Positions 20,081-30,333 are shown, counted from the stretch's first letter. The stretch is 58,516 nt of DNA from Candidatus Thorarchaeota archaeon (GCA_016839605.1 JAEOTX010000078.1:1-58516), one strand, 5' to 3'. Notes: a model not told the origin generated them from the sequence alone. Translations and numbers: made by a program.

Positions 20081-20779
20081 TTGACATCTAGAACCCTAAC
20101 AGTCAAGGATGAAAAGAGCTGCGATGATGTGATTCAAGAAGCAGTGAGAACTATTCAGGACGGTGGACTCGTTGTCTATCCCACAGATACTAGTTACGGT
20201 ATCGCATGTGACCCGATGCAGGAGCCCGCATTAGAGCGTTTGATATCAGTAAAGAAGAGAAACAAAGGGATTGGCGTGCCGCTTCTTTTCTCAGACATAC
20301 ATCAATGTGAGATGTATCATGATTTTGAGAGCCTCGAGAGAGTTTTAGCACGCCTCTTCTGGCCGGGTGCATTGACCTTGATTGTGACAACGAAGGACGC
20401 AATTCCAGCATACATCACTGGTGGTAGGGGATCTGCAGCTATAAGGGTTCCCGATCATTTCATACCTCGAAGGATTGCCAGAGAGTTGGGATTACCAATA
20501 GTTGGCACGAGTGCAAATTTGAGTGGCGGAGAGACCCCCTTTGAAGTATCTGCAGCAAAGAGGCAATTGGGAGATGGAGTGGACCTCTACATTGATGGGG
20601 GCCCATCGTCTGCAAAAGCCAACTCCACAATTCTTGGTGTAGAAGGAACAGAGGAGCCATTAAACATCAAGGTCTATCGAGAGGGAAGTCTGAGTGTAGA
20701 GAGGATAACAGATAGCCTTAGAATTGATTCGGATGCACTGCGATTTTGGACTAATCGTATCATCTATCCAGATATGTGA
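20081..20779 (+). CDS. sua5: L-threonylcarbamoyladenylate synthase (Sua5/TsaC)
   Basis: VYPTDTSYG, FWPGALT, IRVPDH and GTSANLSG motifs. Confidence 0.93.
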   Translation: MTSRTLTVKDEKSCDDVIQEAVRTIQDGGLVVYPTDTSYGIACDPMQEPALERLISVKKRNKGIGVPLLFSDIHQCEMYHDFESLERVLARLFWPGALTLIVTTKDAIPAYITGGRGSAAIRVPDHFIPRRIARELGLPIVGTSANLSGGETPFEVSAAKRQLGDGVDLYIDGGPSSAKANSTILGVEGTEEPLNIKVYREGSLSVERITDSLRIDSDALRFWTNRIIYPDM

Positions 20780-21323
20780 GGCGAGTGGTCTGCATAACTA
20801 CAATCTTCTTGTGGGCTGCCCCAGAGAGAGGGAAAGAGCTGCAAGATCTGAGGTTCAATACTTCATTGGCGACCTCTTAGAAGACTCCGAACTCAAGGTA
20901 TATCGTACCCCAATCTCAGGCCTACTCGCTGCATTGACAACTCTAAATCCATTTGACGTGATTCATAGGCTGAGAGAGTTCGCCTTGGAGAACGCCTATC
21001 AATTCAGATTCGCAATACGTTTCACACCAATCGAAAGGTGTGTTTCCACATCATTAGAGGAGATAGTGAAGGCTACAGAGGAATTGAGTGCAAAGATAGA
21101 AGAAGATGATTCATTCAGAGTAACAGTGAGACGCCGTCATACAGACTTGGAGAATATGGAGGTTGTGACTGCGGCGGCGGCTGTGATTCCTAGACGAGTG
21201 GATTTGGACCAGCCAGACAAGACTGTATGGATAGAAATCGTAGGTGAGTGGACAGGGGTCTCTGTTCTCAATCAAAACGAGGACATTCTCTCAATCATGA
21301 CCATGCGAGATGACATGTATTAG
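20724..21323 (+). CDS. THUMP domain protein (Tan1-like); start may be CTG at 20790
   Basis: SFRVTVRRR and VDLDQPDKTVWIEIVG motifs. Confidence 0.85.
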   Translation: MIRMHCDFGLIVSSIQICEASGLHNYNLLVGCPRERERAARSEVQYFIGDLLEDSELKVYRTPISGLLAALTTLNPFDVIHRLREFALENAYQFRFAIRFTPIERCVSTSLEEIVKATEELSAKIEEDDSFRVTVRRRHTDLENMEVVTAAAAVIPRRVDLDQPDKTVWIEIVGEWTGVSVLNQNEDILSIMTMRDDMY

Positions 21324-21333
21324 CCCCAAACTA

Positions 21334-21921
21334 CTACTCTAGGGCAACCATTGACACCCTGCTTGTCACACAGCCTGAAAGAGCATGATATCTTGCTTCA
21401 AGCGAGTCTGATGATGCGACTGCGGTGATTTCGGCTTCATTGATTCCAAAGTGCATCATTATGTATTGTAACCGTTCCTCTGTGGGAGCAAAAGGGCGCT
21501 GAACCGATGGCCCTAGCCTATCGACTATTTGATCAACATGACTCTTCAGATTCGATTCAGCCTTCGTCAAAACAACTGCAGCTACAGACTTACTCTCGTC
21601 AGTGACTCCTAGCTTTTCTAATGCAACTCCGATTTGATGCTGGCCTGATGCGTAGAGAAGAATTTCGACATCAAGATTTCTGGCGATGGAATAATTTCCC
21701 TTCCAAGCATTCAATGCATTCTGTGCTGCTGAGAGAAGGTGCTCTTCACCAGCTATAAGTGCGGAGTCAAGCAGTTGTACCGCAACGACTCCTTCAGCTT
21801 TCTCAGATGCTAGAGATATCATTGCATCCTTGTTCAAACCCTTAGCATTTCTGAGTTCCCCAATGCCTACATGAAAGACCTCGTCGCCATAAGTCAGGGT
21901 TTCAAGACGCACAGCAACCAC
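21334..21921 (-). CDS. cgi121: KEOPS complex subunit Cgi121
   Basis: HLLSAA...ARNLDVEILLYASGQHQIGVALEKLGV. Confidence 0.9.
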   Translation of the reverse strand: MVAVRLETLTYGDEVFHVGIGELRNAKGLNKDAMISLASEKAEGVVAVQLLDSALIAGEEHLLSAAQNALNAWKGNYSIARNLDVEILLYASGQHQIGVALEKLGVTDESKSVAAVVLTKAESNLKSHVDQIVDRLGPSVQRPFAPTEERLQYIMMHFGINEAEITAVASSDSLEARYHALSGCVTSRVSMVALE

Positions 21922-21932
21922 CGTTCTCCATT

Positions 21933-22532
21933 CTAGAGCCTCTTGATGAAATAGTCTGCAACCGTTGGTTCAAAACCAACCTCAAACACGAGCTTGCTGC
22001 GAATCTGCTTGAGATCCATAGAGGGATCTTCCTTCTTGAACACCTTCACTAAGGCGATGATTGACTCTCGCATCTCCCAAGGGTACACTGTCCAGCTCTT
22101 TGTCTGCACCATATAGAAATCTGGTTTCACTCGGGACCAAGGCTTCCAATGCAAGACTGCAGTCTTCACATCGCCTGCTCCCAGGGTTCTAACATGATCT
22201 ATTGCATAGTAGAGGCTGTCCCCGGTGTCCGCAACTTCATCTACCAACAAGATGCTTTTTCCTTTCATGGTCCCTGTGATTGGTTGCGTTATCTTTGGCT
22301 CACGGCCCTTTTTCGCTACATCACTATAGTACTCTATTCGGATATTCTGAAGGGTATCAGCATATAGTACATCAGAGAGGATACGAGCCGGTATCCAGCC
22401 GCCTCTTGCGATTCCAACCACTGCATTGGGCTTGAATCCGCTCTCAACAACACGCTCTGAAAGTCGAAGCGTGAGGTTGTACACGTCTTCCCAAGTTAGA
22501 ATTAGATACTCCATTCTACTCCATGACCCCAC
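21933..22532 (-). CDS. Type I phosphoribosyltransferase (purine PRT-like)
   Basis: GIARGG, ILLVDEVADTGDS and VYPWE motifs. Confidence 0.9.
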   Translation of the reverse strand: MGSWSRMEYLILTWEDVYNLTLRLSERVVESGFKPNAVVGIARGGWIPARILSDVLYADTLQNIRIEYYSDVAKKGREPKITQPITGTMKGKSILLVDEVADTGDSLYYAIDHVRTLGAGDVKTAVLHWKPWSRVKPDFYMVQTKSWTVYPWEMRESIIALVKVFKKEDPSMDLKQIRSKLVFEVGFEPTVADYFIKRL

Positions 22533-22641
22533 ACGGGCTTTGGAACTCAGTGTGCTTCTTCCATATTAACAGTACTGCTGAGAGCGCGCTTAGCACAATG
22601 TAGATTTAGGACGAAAGACTCCTCAATCAGCGTGAGTAGCG

Positions 22642-23907
22642 ATGAAACCAGACATTGTGCTCTCCCACATCGGTCAGCTAGCTACGCTAGCAGGACATAG
22701 TGATGCTCCGAAGACAGGACAGAGCTTGCAGGAATTGTCTATAATTGAGGATGGGGCTGTTGCCATTAAGGATGGAAGGATCGTTTCGGTTGGCATGACC
22801 AATGAGGTCATGTCTAGCCTCAGCGAAGAGCCCGTTCTACCTCCAATCGAGTTTCCCAATATGCTAGCAATTCCTGGCTTCGTTGATAGCCATACGCATT
22901 TGGTATTCGGAGGTTCAAGAGAGAATGACTTCGCCATGAAGCTTGCTGGCAAAGGCTACATGGAGATACTAGAGGGTGGCGGAGGTATACTAAACACCCT
23001 GAAAGCGACGCGTTTAGCAACTCAAGATGAACTCAGATCCAATGCATTCTCGTATGCCGAGAGTATGCTAACTAGTGGGACTACAACAATCGAGGCTAAG
23101 AGTGGCTATGGGCTTGATGTCGAGAATGAGGTAAAAATGTTACAAGTTGTAGAAACATTGCGAAACAAGCTGCCTTCAGAGTTCGTTTCTACGTTCATGG
23201 GAGCTCATGCGATTCCTCCCGAGTATAAAGACAGGGTTGACAACTATGTCGAACTTGTGATTAATGATATGATTCCAACAATTGCAGAACATAAGCTGGC
23301 CGAGTTTTGTGATGTTTTCTGCGAAGAGGGCGTATTCAGTGTCGAGCAGTCAAGAGAGATTCTCAATGCAGCACAAGACAAGGGTATGAAGCTGAAGGTT
23401 CATGCAGATGAGATAGTTCAACTAGGAGGCGCCGGTCTTGCAGCAGAGGTTGGAGCGATATCTGCAGATCACCTCTTGAGGTCCTCCGATGATGATTTAG
23501 AAGCTATGGCTAAAGCTGGAACCATAGCTACCCTACTTCCTGGGACTGCCTTTAGTCTCGATACTGAGTATGCAAATGCTCGCAAGATGATAGAGATGGA
23601 ACTTCCAGTGGCACTTGCCACAGACTTCAACCCAAATTGCGCAAACGAGTCTATGTTCTTCACAATAGCTCTGGCATGTTACAAGATGAAGATGCATCCT
23701 AGAGAAGCAATCTCAGCGGCTACGATAAACGGAGCACATGCTCTAAGCAGGAGTGAGGTGGTGGGAAGCATAGAACCTGGGAAGCGTGCAGATATCCTGA
23801 TATTGGACTGTCCTAATCCAGAGTATCTTTCTTGGAGGTTCGGGATTAATCTTGTACACACAGTCGTGGTAAATGGACAGGTTGTGCATACCAAGCTTGG
23901 ACCTTAG
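22642..23907 (+). CDS. hutI: Imidazolonepropionase
   Basis: PGFVDSHTH, EAKSGYGL, DVFCEEG, SADHL and LATDFNP motifs. Confidence 0.96.
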   Translation: MKPDIVLSHIGQLATLAGHSDAPKTGQSLQELSIIEDGAVAIKDGRIVSVGMTNEVMSSLSEEPVLPPIEFPNMLAIPGFVDSHTHLVFGGSRENDFAMKLAGKGYMEILEGGGGILNTLKATRLATQDELRSNAFSYAESMLTSGTTTIEAKSGYGLDVENEVKMLQVVETLRNKLPSEFVSTFMGAHAIPPEYKDRVDNYVELVINDMIPTIAEHKLAEFCDVFCEEGVFSVEQSREILNAAQDKGMKLKVHADEIVQLGGAGLAAEVGAISADHLLRSSDDDLEAMAKAGTIATLLPGTAFSLDTEYANARKMIEMELPVALATDFNPNCANESMFFTIALACYKMKMHPREAISAATINGAHALSRSEVVGSIEPGKRADILILDCPNPEYLSWRFGINLVHTVVVNGQVVHTKLGP

Positions 23908-24371
23908 GAAAGACATTCTTCAGAACGAGTTCCTGATTCTTGGTATTCCTTAAAATGTTCTAGCCATTTTGGGCTCTTTGGTGCAGACTTTACCCAATCC
24001 ACGAATTGAGTGAGCTTCTCTACCGTTTCAGGGTTGGCGATATGCTCGAATTCGCACGCATCGTCATCCGCAATCGTTTCATCAATTCCAATCATGCAGA
24101 AAAACCACTTGAGAGTCTTGTGCGCCCGATCAAGTTTTTCTGCAATCTCCTCTCCCTTGGGTGTAAGACTGACGCTACGATAACGCTCGTAGTTCACTAG
24201 TCCAATTTTCTTGAGCCTTTGAAGAACATATGTGACACTAGGAGCCTTTACTCCTCTCATCTCAGCTATGTCAGTTACACTTGCGGAGCCATGTTCTTGC
24301 TGTAACTCATATATCGATTCTAGGTACTGCTCCATTGCTTTTGTCAGACCTTTCAAGACTCCTTCACACAT
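23904..24371 (-). CDS. DtxR/MntR family metal-dependent regulator
   Basis: EQYLESIY, PSVT, LTPKG and ACEFEH motifs. Confidence 0.92.
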   Translation of the reverse strand: MCEGVLKGLTKAMEQYLESIYELQQEHGSASVTDIAEMRGVKAPSVTYVLQRLKKIGLVNYERYRSVSLTPKGEEIAEKLDRAHKTLKWFFCMIGIDETIADDDACEFEHIANPETVEKLTQFVDWVKSAPKSPKWLEHFKEYQESGTRSEECLS

Positions 24372-24416
24372 CCCTAGATACTTGAAAGACAGATAAAGCT
24401 TGATAATTGACCGGTT

Positions 24417-25949
24417 CTAACCTACCAAGAGGATCCCTGTAGTCTTCTCAACACTCGCTACAATGCTCTCCGAGTCGATTTTCTCACGGATTCTGTCTAT
24501 GTCAGGATGTAATGGTCGGTCATCATCCAGTTTTGGAACAACCTCTCTAATCACTTCAAACGCCAGTTTCAGAGGTTCAGATGGCTGCAGAGGTAATAAC
24601 AGGCTGAGACCCTGCGCCGCACACATGTATTCTATTGCAATCACGTTCTTCACATTATCAAGTATCTGTGCTGCCTTCCGAGCTGCAATTGCTCCCATGC
24701 TCACATGGTCCTCTTGGTCAGCACTGGTTGGAATCGAATCCACACTGGCAGGATGTGCTAGAACCTTGTTTTCCGATACAAGAGCTGCTGCAGTATATTG
24801 AGCAATCATCAGTCCGGACTCAAGACCGCCTTCAGTTGTTAAGAAGGCAGGTAAACCGCTCAGATTAGGATTAACGAGTCTATTCACCCTTCGTTCGGAG
24901 ATGTTAGCAATCTCAGACAGAGCAATGCCTACGAAGTCCATGGCAAGGGCTATTGGCTGACCGTGGAAATTCCCTCCTGAAACGACATCGTCACTTTTAG
25001 AGAACACGAGAGGGTTGTCAGTTGCTGAATTGATCTCAATCTTGAGTATGTTCTGTGCATACCTTATCGTATCTAGTGATGCACCTAGCACTTGAGGAAT
25101 ACATCGCAATGAATAGGCATCTTGTACAACACCACAGTCTGCATGAGACTGATTGATCTCGCTGTCTCCAAGTATCTCAAGCATCGCACGAGCAACGTCT
25201 GTTTGTCCCTCATGGCGACGTACACTATGAATGCGTTCATCAAGAGCAGCACGGGTTCCTTTTAGTGCCTCAAGACTCATTGATGCAGCAATACATGCAT
25301 CCTTGAGGAGAGTTAGTGCGTCATAGACAACTATCGAGCCAACTGCGCACATTGGTTGAGTTCCATTAATCAGGGCAACGCCCTCTTTTGCCTGCAATAC
25401 TAGAGGCTTGATTCCTGCTCGACTAAGAGCCTTGCCCCCATCGATTCTCTCACCCTTGTAGTATGCTTCGCCCTCACCAATCATGACCAATGCCATATGT
25501 GCTAGTGGAGCAAGATCGCCACTAGAGCCAACTGATCCTTGCTGTGGGACTACAGGAGTCACTCCAGCGTTCAGCATGTCAATGAGTAACTCTATGACAT
25601 CCAATCGTACTCCAGAGAATCCTTTTGCGAGTGCGTTGGCACGTAGAAGCAACATCCCTCTCACTACTTCCATAGAGAATGGAGGTCCGATTCCGGCACT
25701 GTGGCTTCGTATCAGATTGACCTGCAGTTTGGCCAGATCTTTGGATTCTATGCAAACATCAGATAGGTCTCCAAAGCCAGTGTTCACACCATAGATGGTC
25801 CGGCCTTCTTTCACTGCCCTCTCGATAACATCTCTGCTGCTCAAAATACCGTCAAGGGATGTTTCAGATAACTCCACAGACTCATTGTGCCGAGCTACCT
25901 TGACAACATCCTCGATGGTTAAATTAGTGCCATCAATGACCACAGTCAT
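24417..25949 (-). CDS. hutH: Histidine ammonia-lyase
   Basis: YGVNTGFG, GSVGSSGDLAPL (MIO region, SSG), QDAYSLRC, GNFHG and QEDHVSM motifs. Confidence 0.97.
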   Translation of the reverse strand: MTVVIDGTNLTIEDVVKVARHNESVELSETSLDGILSSRDVIERAVKEGRTIYGVNTGFGDLSDVCIESKDLAKLQVNLIRSHSAGIGPPFSMEVVRGMLLLRANALAKGFSGVRLDVIELLIDMLNAGVTPVVPQQGSVGSSGDLAPLAHMALVMIGEGEAYYKGERIDGGKALSRAGIKPLVLQAKEGVALINGTQPMCAVGSIVVYDALTLLKDACIAASMSLEALKGTRAALDERIHSVRRHEGQTDVARAMLEILGDSEINQSHADCGVVQDAYSLRCIPQVLGASLDTIRYAQNILKIEINSATDNPLVFSKSDDVVSGGNFHGQPIALAMDFVGIALSEIANISERRVNRLVNPNLSGLPAFLTTEGGLESGLMIAQYTAAALVSENKVLAHPASVDSIPTSADQEDHVSMGAIAARKAAQILDNVKNVIAIEYMCAAQGLSLLLPLQPSEPLKLAFEVIREVVPKLDDDRPLHPDIDRIREKIDSESIVASVEKTTGILLVG

Positions 25950-26072
25950 GGATTCACCTCGTGACTCCGTGCCCTTTCCTATTGCATGGAGGTCCTACTT
26001 TAGTAATTACCGGAGAAAGTGTCAGAACGGCGGCACACCAAGCTGATGCATTATATTATCGAAAGAGTAGAC

Positions 26073-28127
26073 CTATCGAAGCTTCTTCCTTACAATATCC
26101 TCCACAAGTCCTTCACCAGACACAAATGGCAGAGTTATGTGACCCCTGTTGCCCATCATCCTGTTCCAGTCTACAACAGCCTCAATGGAATGCTCATTTC
26201 TAGCCCATGCACGTCGAGCAACTCCACCCATTACATCCCAATCAAGGCCCAGACGGATAATGCTGTCCACTCTTTCACTCCCATCGAGCACGAGTCCAAA
26301 GCCGCCGTTGATAGCTTTCCCAGTTCCCACACCGCCGCCATTAGACAAGACGCAAAGAGTCATTCCCCGTGCTGCATTTCCAGCCCATATTTGATGAGCC
26401 ATATCACTGGTCACATTGCTGCCATCACGAATGTTCGCAGTTTCTCTAAAGGGAGAGTCAGTGCCGCCCGTGTCATGATGGTCCCGCCCCATCATAACGG
26501 GGCCAATCTTACCGTCACGGACTTTCTTATTGAACTCTAATGCAATCTTGACGCGTCCAGCTGCATCAGCATAGAGAATTCTTGCCTGCGATCCAACCAC
26601 CAGAGCGTTCTTTTCAGCATCTCGTATCCAGACGAAATTATCCCGGTCCTGGCCTCGTCTTTTTGGATCTATGCAAGACAAGGCTACTTTGTCAGTTTCA
26701 ATCAAATCATCATGCTTGCCGCTCAGGCAAACCCAACGAAATGGGCCATAACCATAATCAAAGCAGATGGGACCCATGATGTCCTCCACATAGGAAGGAA
26801 AGATGAAGCCATCATCAGGATTCTTGCCATTCCTGGCAATAGCAGCCACTCCTGCGTCAAATACTGCTTTCATGAAACTGTTGCCATAGTCCCAGAAGAA
26901 GGTGCCTCGCTTTGTCATTTTCCGGATGAACTCGAACTGCAGCTTTAGTGAATTGTCTGCGAGTGATTTGAATTCTCTGCGGTCATTCTTTAGGAGTTCT
27001 CGTCCCTGTTCAAAGGTCAGTCCCTGAGGTGTATATCCACCATTATAGACGTCGTGACATGAGGTCTGATCTGAGGACAGATCAATTGGTATATCGTTGT
27101 CTGAAACATACTTCCAGAGGTCAACGACATTGCCATAATAACCAATAGAAACAGGTTCACCCTTCTCCTTGTATTCTTCAACCCATTCGAAGATTTCAGA
27201 TAAATCGGATGAGTATTTACTGAGCCAGCCTTGATCATGTCTCGTTTCGATGCGGCTCTTGTCAACTTCTGCAATTATGCCAATACCACCGGCAATTTCC
27301 ACAGCCTTAGCTTGAGCACCGCTCATCCCCCCAAGACCTGAGGTCAGGAATGTACGAGCTCGAAGGTCTTGGTCCTCAGGCAGTCCCAAGTACATTCGCC
27401 CTGCATTAAGCAGTGTGATGTAAGTTCCATGGACTATACCCTGTGGGCCGATGTACATCCAACCGCCAGCTGTCATTTTTACGGGGTTTTAGCGAAATGC
27501 TAGATCCTGTCCGTAATTTGTGACGCCGAGGGCGGATGCTTTGTGAAAGTGTTCAGAGGTGTCATACATTCCAATCATGAGCCCATTTGTTGAAGTGACT
27601 CTGGGAGAGTGTTGGGTGCTTGGAAACAATCCAAGTGGGTGGCCAGAACTAACGACAAGCGTCTGCTCATCAGTCATTGCTTCCAAGTACATCATGATGA
27701 GCCTATATTGCATCCAATTCTGACAGACCTGTCCACTCTCGCCGTAGGTGACTAGCTCGTAAGGATAGAGCGCAATATCAAAGTCCAAGTTATTATCAAT
27801 CATGAGCTGGATTGCTCGAGATTCCAAGATACCTTTGTAATCATCAACCGATTTTGCCTTAATTTCTCCAGTTGGTCGATATCGGTACCCATAGATGCGA
27901 CCTCTCTCCAGGAGCTCATCGAGGAACTCCGGAGCGAGTTGCTCATGCACCTCTGATGGGATGTACCGCAGAGCGTTCTTGAGTGCAATCACAGTTTCAG
28001 ATTCGGCAAGATTGAAACCTCTATTTGGGGCTCTCCTGATTCCGGGGTCAAATGTGGGATCAGGAGGTATTTCAGGACCTAATTTAATCCTCATTGACTT
28101 AGACACATCAATCATTGTATGCACCAC
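26073..28127 (-). CDS. hutU: Urocanate hydratase (long eukaryote-like type), predicted complement(join(26073..27478,27509..28127)), 674 aa after removing a 30-nt intron
   Basis: The 212-aa and 467-aa ORFs are in the same frame; motifs PYELVTYG, SGHPLGLF, YGQ|MTAG, GLGGMSGAQ, SDQTSCH, WDYGN and GRDHHD; the insert carries an in-frame TAA. Confidence 0.93.
27479..27508 (-). other. Putative bulge-helix-bulge (BHB) archaeal-type intron in hutU mRNA
   Basis: AUU-ACGG-[AC^A]-GG...CC-CCGU-[AA^A]-AAU forms hBHBh'; excision gives UAC GGA CAA AUG ACA GCU GGC (YGQMTAG). Confidence 0.85.
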
Positions 28128-28327
28128 TCATGATGAAATAGATTCAGAAACTGTCAGCATAAAACGCTTGTCTTGAATAGATTGCCTTCAGTAACCATCA
28201 TGAAGAACTATGCATCTTTGACTTCCTACGCGTGAGAAAGTCATCAATTGAGAGATGCCATCTTGTTTGCTCAATACATGCCAAAATCCATATCTCCAAA
28301 ATGATATATTAGATAATTGAAGTTTCG

Positions 28328-29215
28328 ATGAATCGATACAAGCCTACAAGATGCATCCTTATTTTGTTCATACTAGTGGTTGCTGTGGTCTGGCTGCAGA
28401 GAACACCTCATGCTGAGGCGGCAACATACACAGTGTCATATAGTACCGGAATCGTGTCACCAGACCATTCCAATGTGAGTACGGATATGGCAGATGTCAA
28501 CATCTCGATTGTTTCTGAAAGGATGAATGAGGTGAACTTCACTCACAATGTCACAATTGGCTATGCAATAAACGTCAGAAATGCAAGGGAACAACATGCT
28601 AGCATCCTTCTAGCTTATACTGCGATTTCGCAAGGAGTCGACATTACTGCCCTCTCTTTCGAATGTGGAATGGAAGGAGAGGAACAAAACTACACTTTAG
28701 ATTCATATCAATCAACGAGCCTCCCCGGTACATACGAACAATGGGCTGCTGAAGCTTCTGGTTTTCACATTCTAAATATTACCCTGGAAGGATATACAAA
28801 TGCACTTGTGAGTATTGATGTGCGATTTCAGGTCTGGACATCGGCAGATTATTTCAATCTCAAGTTCGCTATGGGGAGCTCGTTACCTTGGGGTGACTCG
28901 GCCTTCCAAGACATGAAGATATCAGTTCTTAATGCAACAGCGTTTCATAGTATTGATTTCGAACCAAAAGAAACTCTTAATGTAATCAGATCTGCAATAG
29001 ATACCACCGGTACTTGGCACTTTAACATGAGCAATTTCAGTGAAGACTTCGTAGGGGTGACGCTGCAGCAAAACGTCTACATGCCACCTGGATACAATCC
29101 AACAGTTCCAGCCGCACTCATTATCATGACAATATTCCTTGTAGGTTCATATATACTGTGGAAGTACACCAGGACCAGGGACCTCGGACACAGGAACGAA
29201 CCTTTAGTAGAATAG
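28328..29215 (+). CDS. Secreted / membrane-anchored surface protein
   Basis: N-terminal signal-like segment, many N-x-S/T sequons, C-terminal TM helix. Confidence 0.7.
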   Translation: MNRYKPTRCILILFILVVAVVWLQRTPHAEAATYTVSYSTGIVSPDHSNVSTDMADVNISIVSERMNEVNFTHNVTIGYAINVRNAREQHASILLAYTAISQGVDITALSFECGMEGEEQNYTLDSYQSTSLPGTYEQWAAEASGFHILNITLEGYTNALVSIDVRFQVWTSADYFNLKFAMGSSLPWGDSAFQDMKISVLNATAFHSIDFEPKETLNVIRSAIDTTGTWHFNMSNFSEDFVGVTLQQNVYMPPGYNPTVPAALIIMTIFLVGSYILWKYTRTRDLGHRNEPLVE

Positions 29216-29450
29216 GTGCAAACGGTATGCACTATTAAGACATTCAGCTCAACATTACAGATGTCTAAAATGGCTAAATCGAATGCATGAACCACTCCAT
29301 GAATAGAGAGCACGGTTCCTATAGTATTTTCATATCATGAACAAGACAAGCGATATGTCGTTCCTTGAGGTGCCAAAGAACGACCTTAGGTTCCGCTTAA
29401 AAGAACTGCATGAGAGGATTGTTACTGCAATCAACTGAAATTCTCCGGGA

Positions 29451-29708
29451 TTACATTGGAACTTTTCCGAACCTTAGAAATACCGCTCTGGCCCTCTCAT
29501 TGTCAGCAATGTAGAGAGGCTGACGCATGTCGCTAAGATTGGGAATCCTGCGACAGAGCTTGCCCTTTCGTAAGTGGCGTAGCGCAAAGGAAACCGTCCT
29601 AAGTGGAAGGTTGGCCTTCTTGCTTATTACTTTGGGCGAGTGGGGTCCCTTCTTGGTCAGAAAGTCGAGTACTATTAACGCACTCATTGGTAACTCCATA
29701 GACATCAT
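29451..29708 (-). CDS. Small winged-HTH protein
   Basis: LPLRTVSFALRHL...PNLSDMRQPLY archaeal wHTH pattern. Confidence 0.8.
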   Translation of the reverse strand: MMSMELPMSALIVLDFLTKKGPHSPKVISKKANLPLRTVSFALRHLRKGKLCRRIPNLSDMRQPLYIADNERARAVFLRFGKVPM

Positions 29709-29723
29709 TAACCACCTTTCACT

Positions 29724-30218
29724 TTACGATGCATATCTGAATTGAGAGATGACAGAGCTCTCAGCACTCCATGGAACACATTTAGAAGGAGGGCTTAGCA
29801 ATTCGAAGAATTCTTGACGAGGAGATTCCTTGAAGTCTCTAGAAGCAGTCCAAAGACACTCCTGTCCTATTAGATCAAGAGTGAATCCTTCATCCTGGAG
29901 AAGGGTCATATAATGGAGATGCTCTATGACCTGATTTGCAAGCTTCTTCGTATCTCGTTCTGCTTTTTCTAAATCACCTTTTTCGCGCATACCTGAAGGC
30001 ACCGTTGTACTACGCGCAGGAAGTGACAGTTCAACCTCAATTGAAACCAAATCTGCAGGTTCCTTACGCTGAATCACAAGGATGCGAATCCATTCAGATT
30101 GGCAGAGTATTGCCACTGATTCACCGTGCTCATTGAAACTCAACTCTTTTGCAGGAGTATCAATGATATGTTCGTATCTCTTGTTCAGTTCTGAGGGATC
30201 TGTCATCTCTATTCTCAT
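29724..30218 (-). CDS. Hypothetical protein
   Basis: 164-aa ORF directly upstream of the wHTH gene. Confidence 0.6.
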   Translation of the reverse strand: MRIEMTDPSELNKRYEHIIDTPAKELSFNEHGESVAILCQSEWIRILVIQRKEPADLVSIEVELSLPARSTTVPSGMREKGDLEKAERDTKKLANQVIEHLHYMTLLQDEGFTLDLIGQECLWTASRDFKESPRQEFFELLSPPSKCVPWSAESSVISQFRYAS

Positions 30219-30333
30219 TACAAAATAACTCGTAGAAGGAATATCTATGCTCGGGAGATGCTGGATTCCTGTTTTTGCACTCCCACCTATGAAAACAGCA
30301 AGATTCCGAAGAAAGTGGTTCGGAAATAGGCGT

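Noticed and set aside
26019-26540. 173-aa plus-strand ORF
   Set aside because: Antisense to conserved hutU with no recognisable motifs
27479-27508. hutU as a pseudogene, sequencing error or stop-codon readthrough (Sec/Pyl)
   Set aside because: The stop is TAA, not TGA or TAG. Readthrough would leave 10 extra residues inside a conserved motif. Both halves are otherwise intact, and the insert boundaries coincide with BHB cut sites. The insert is not a duplication of flanking sequence.
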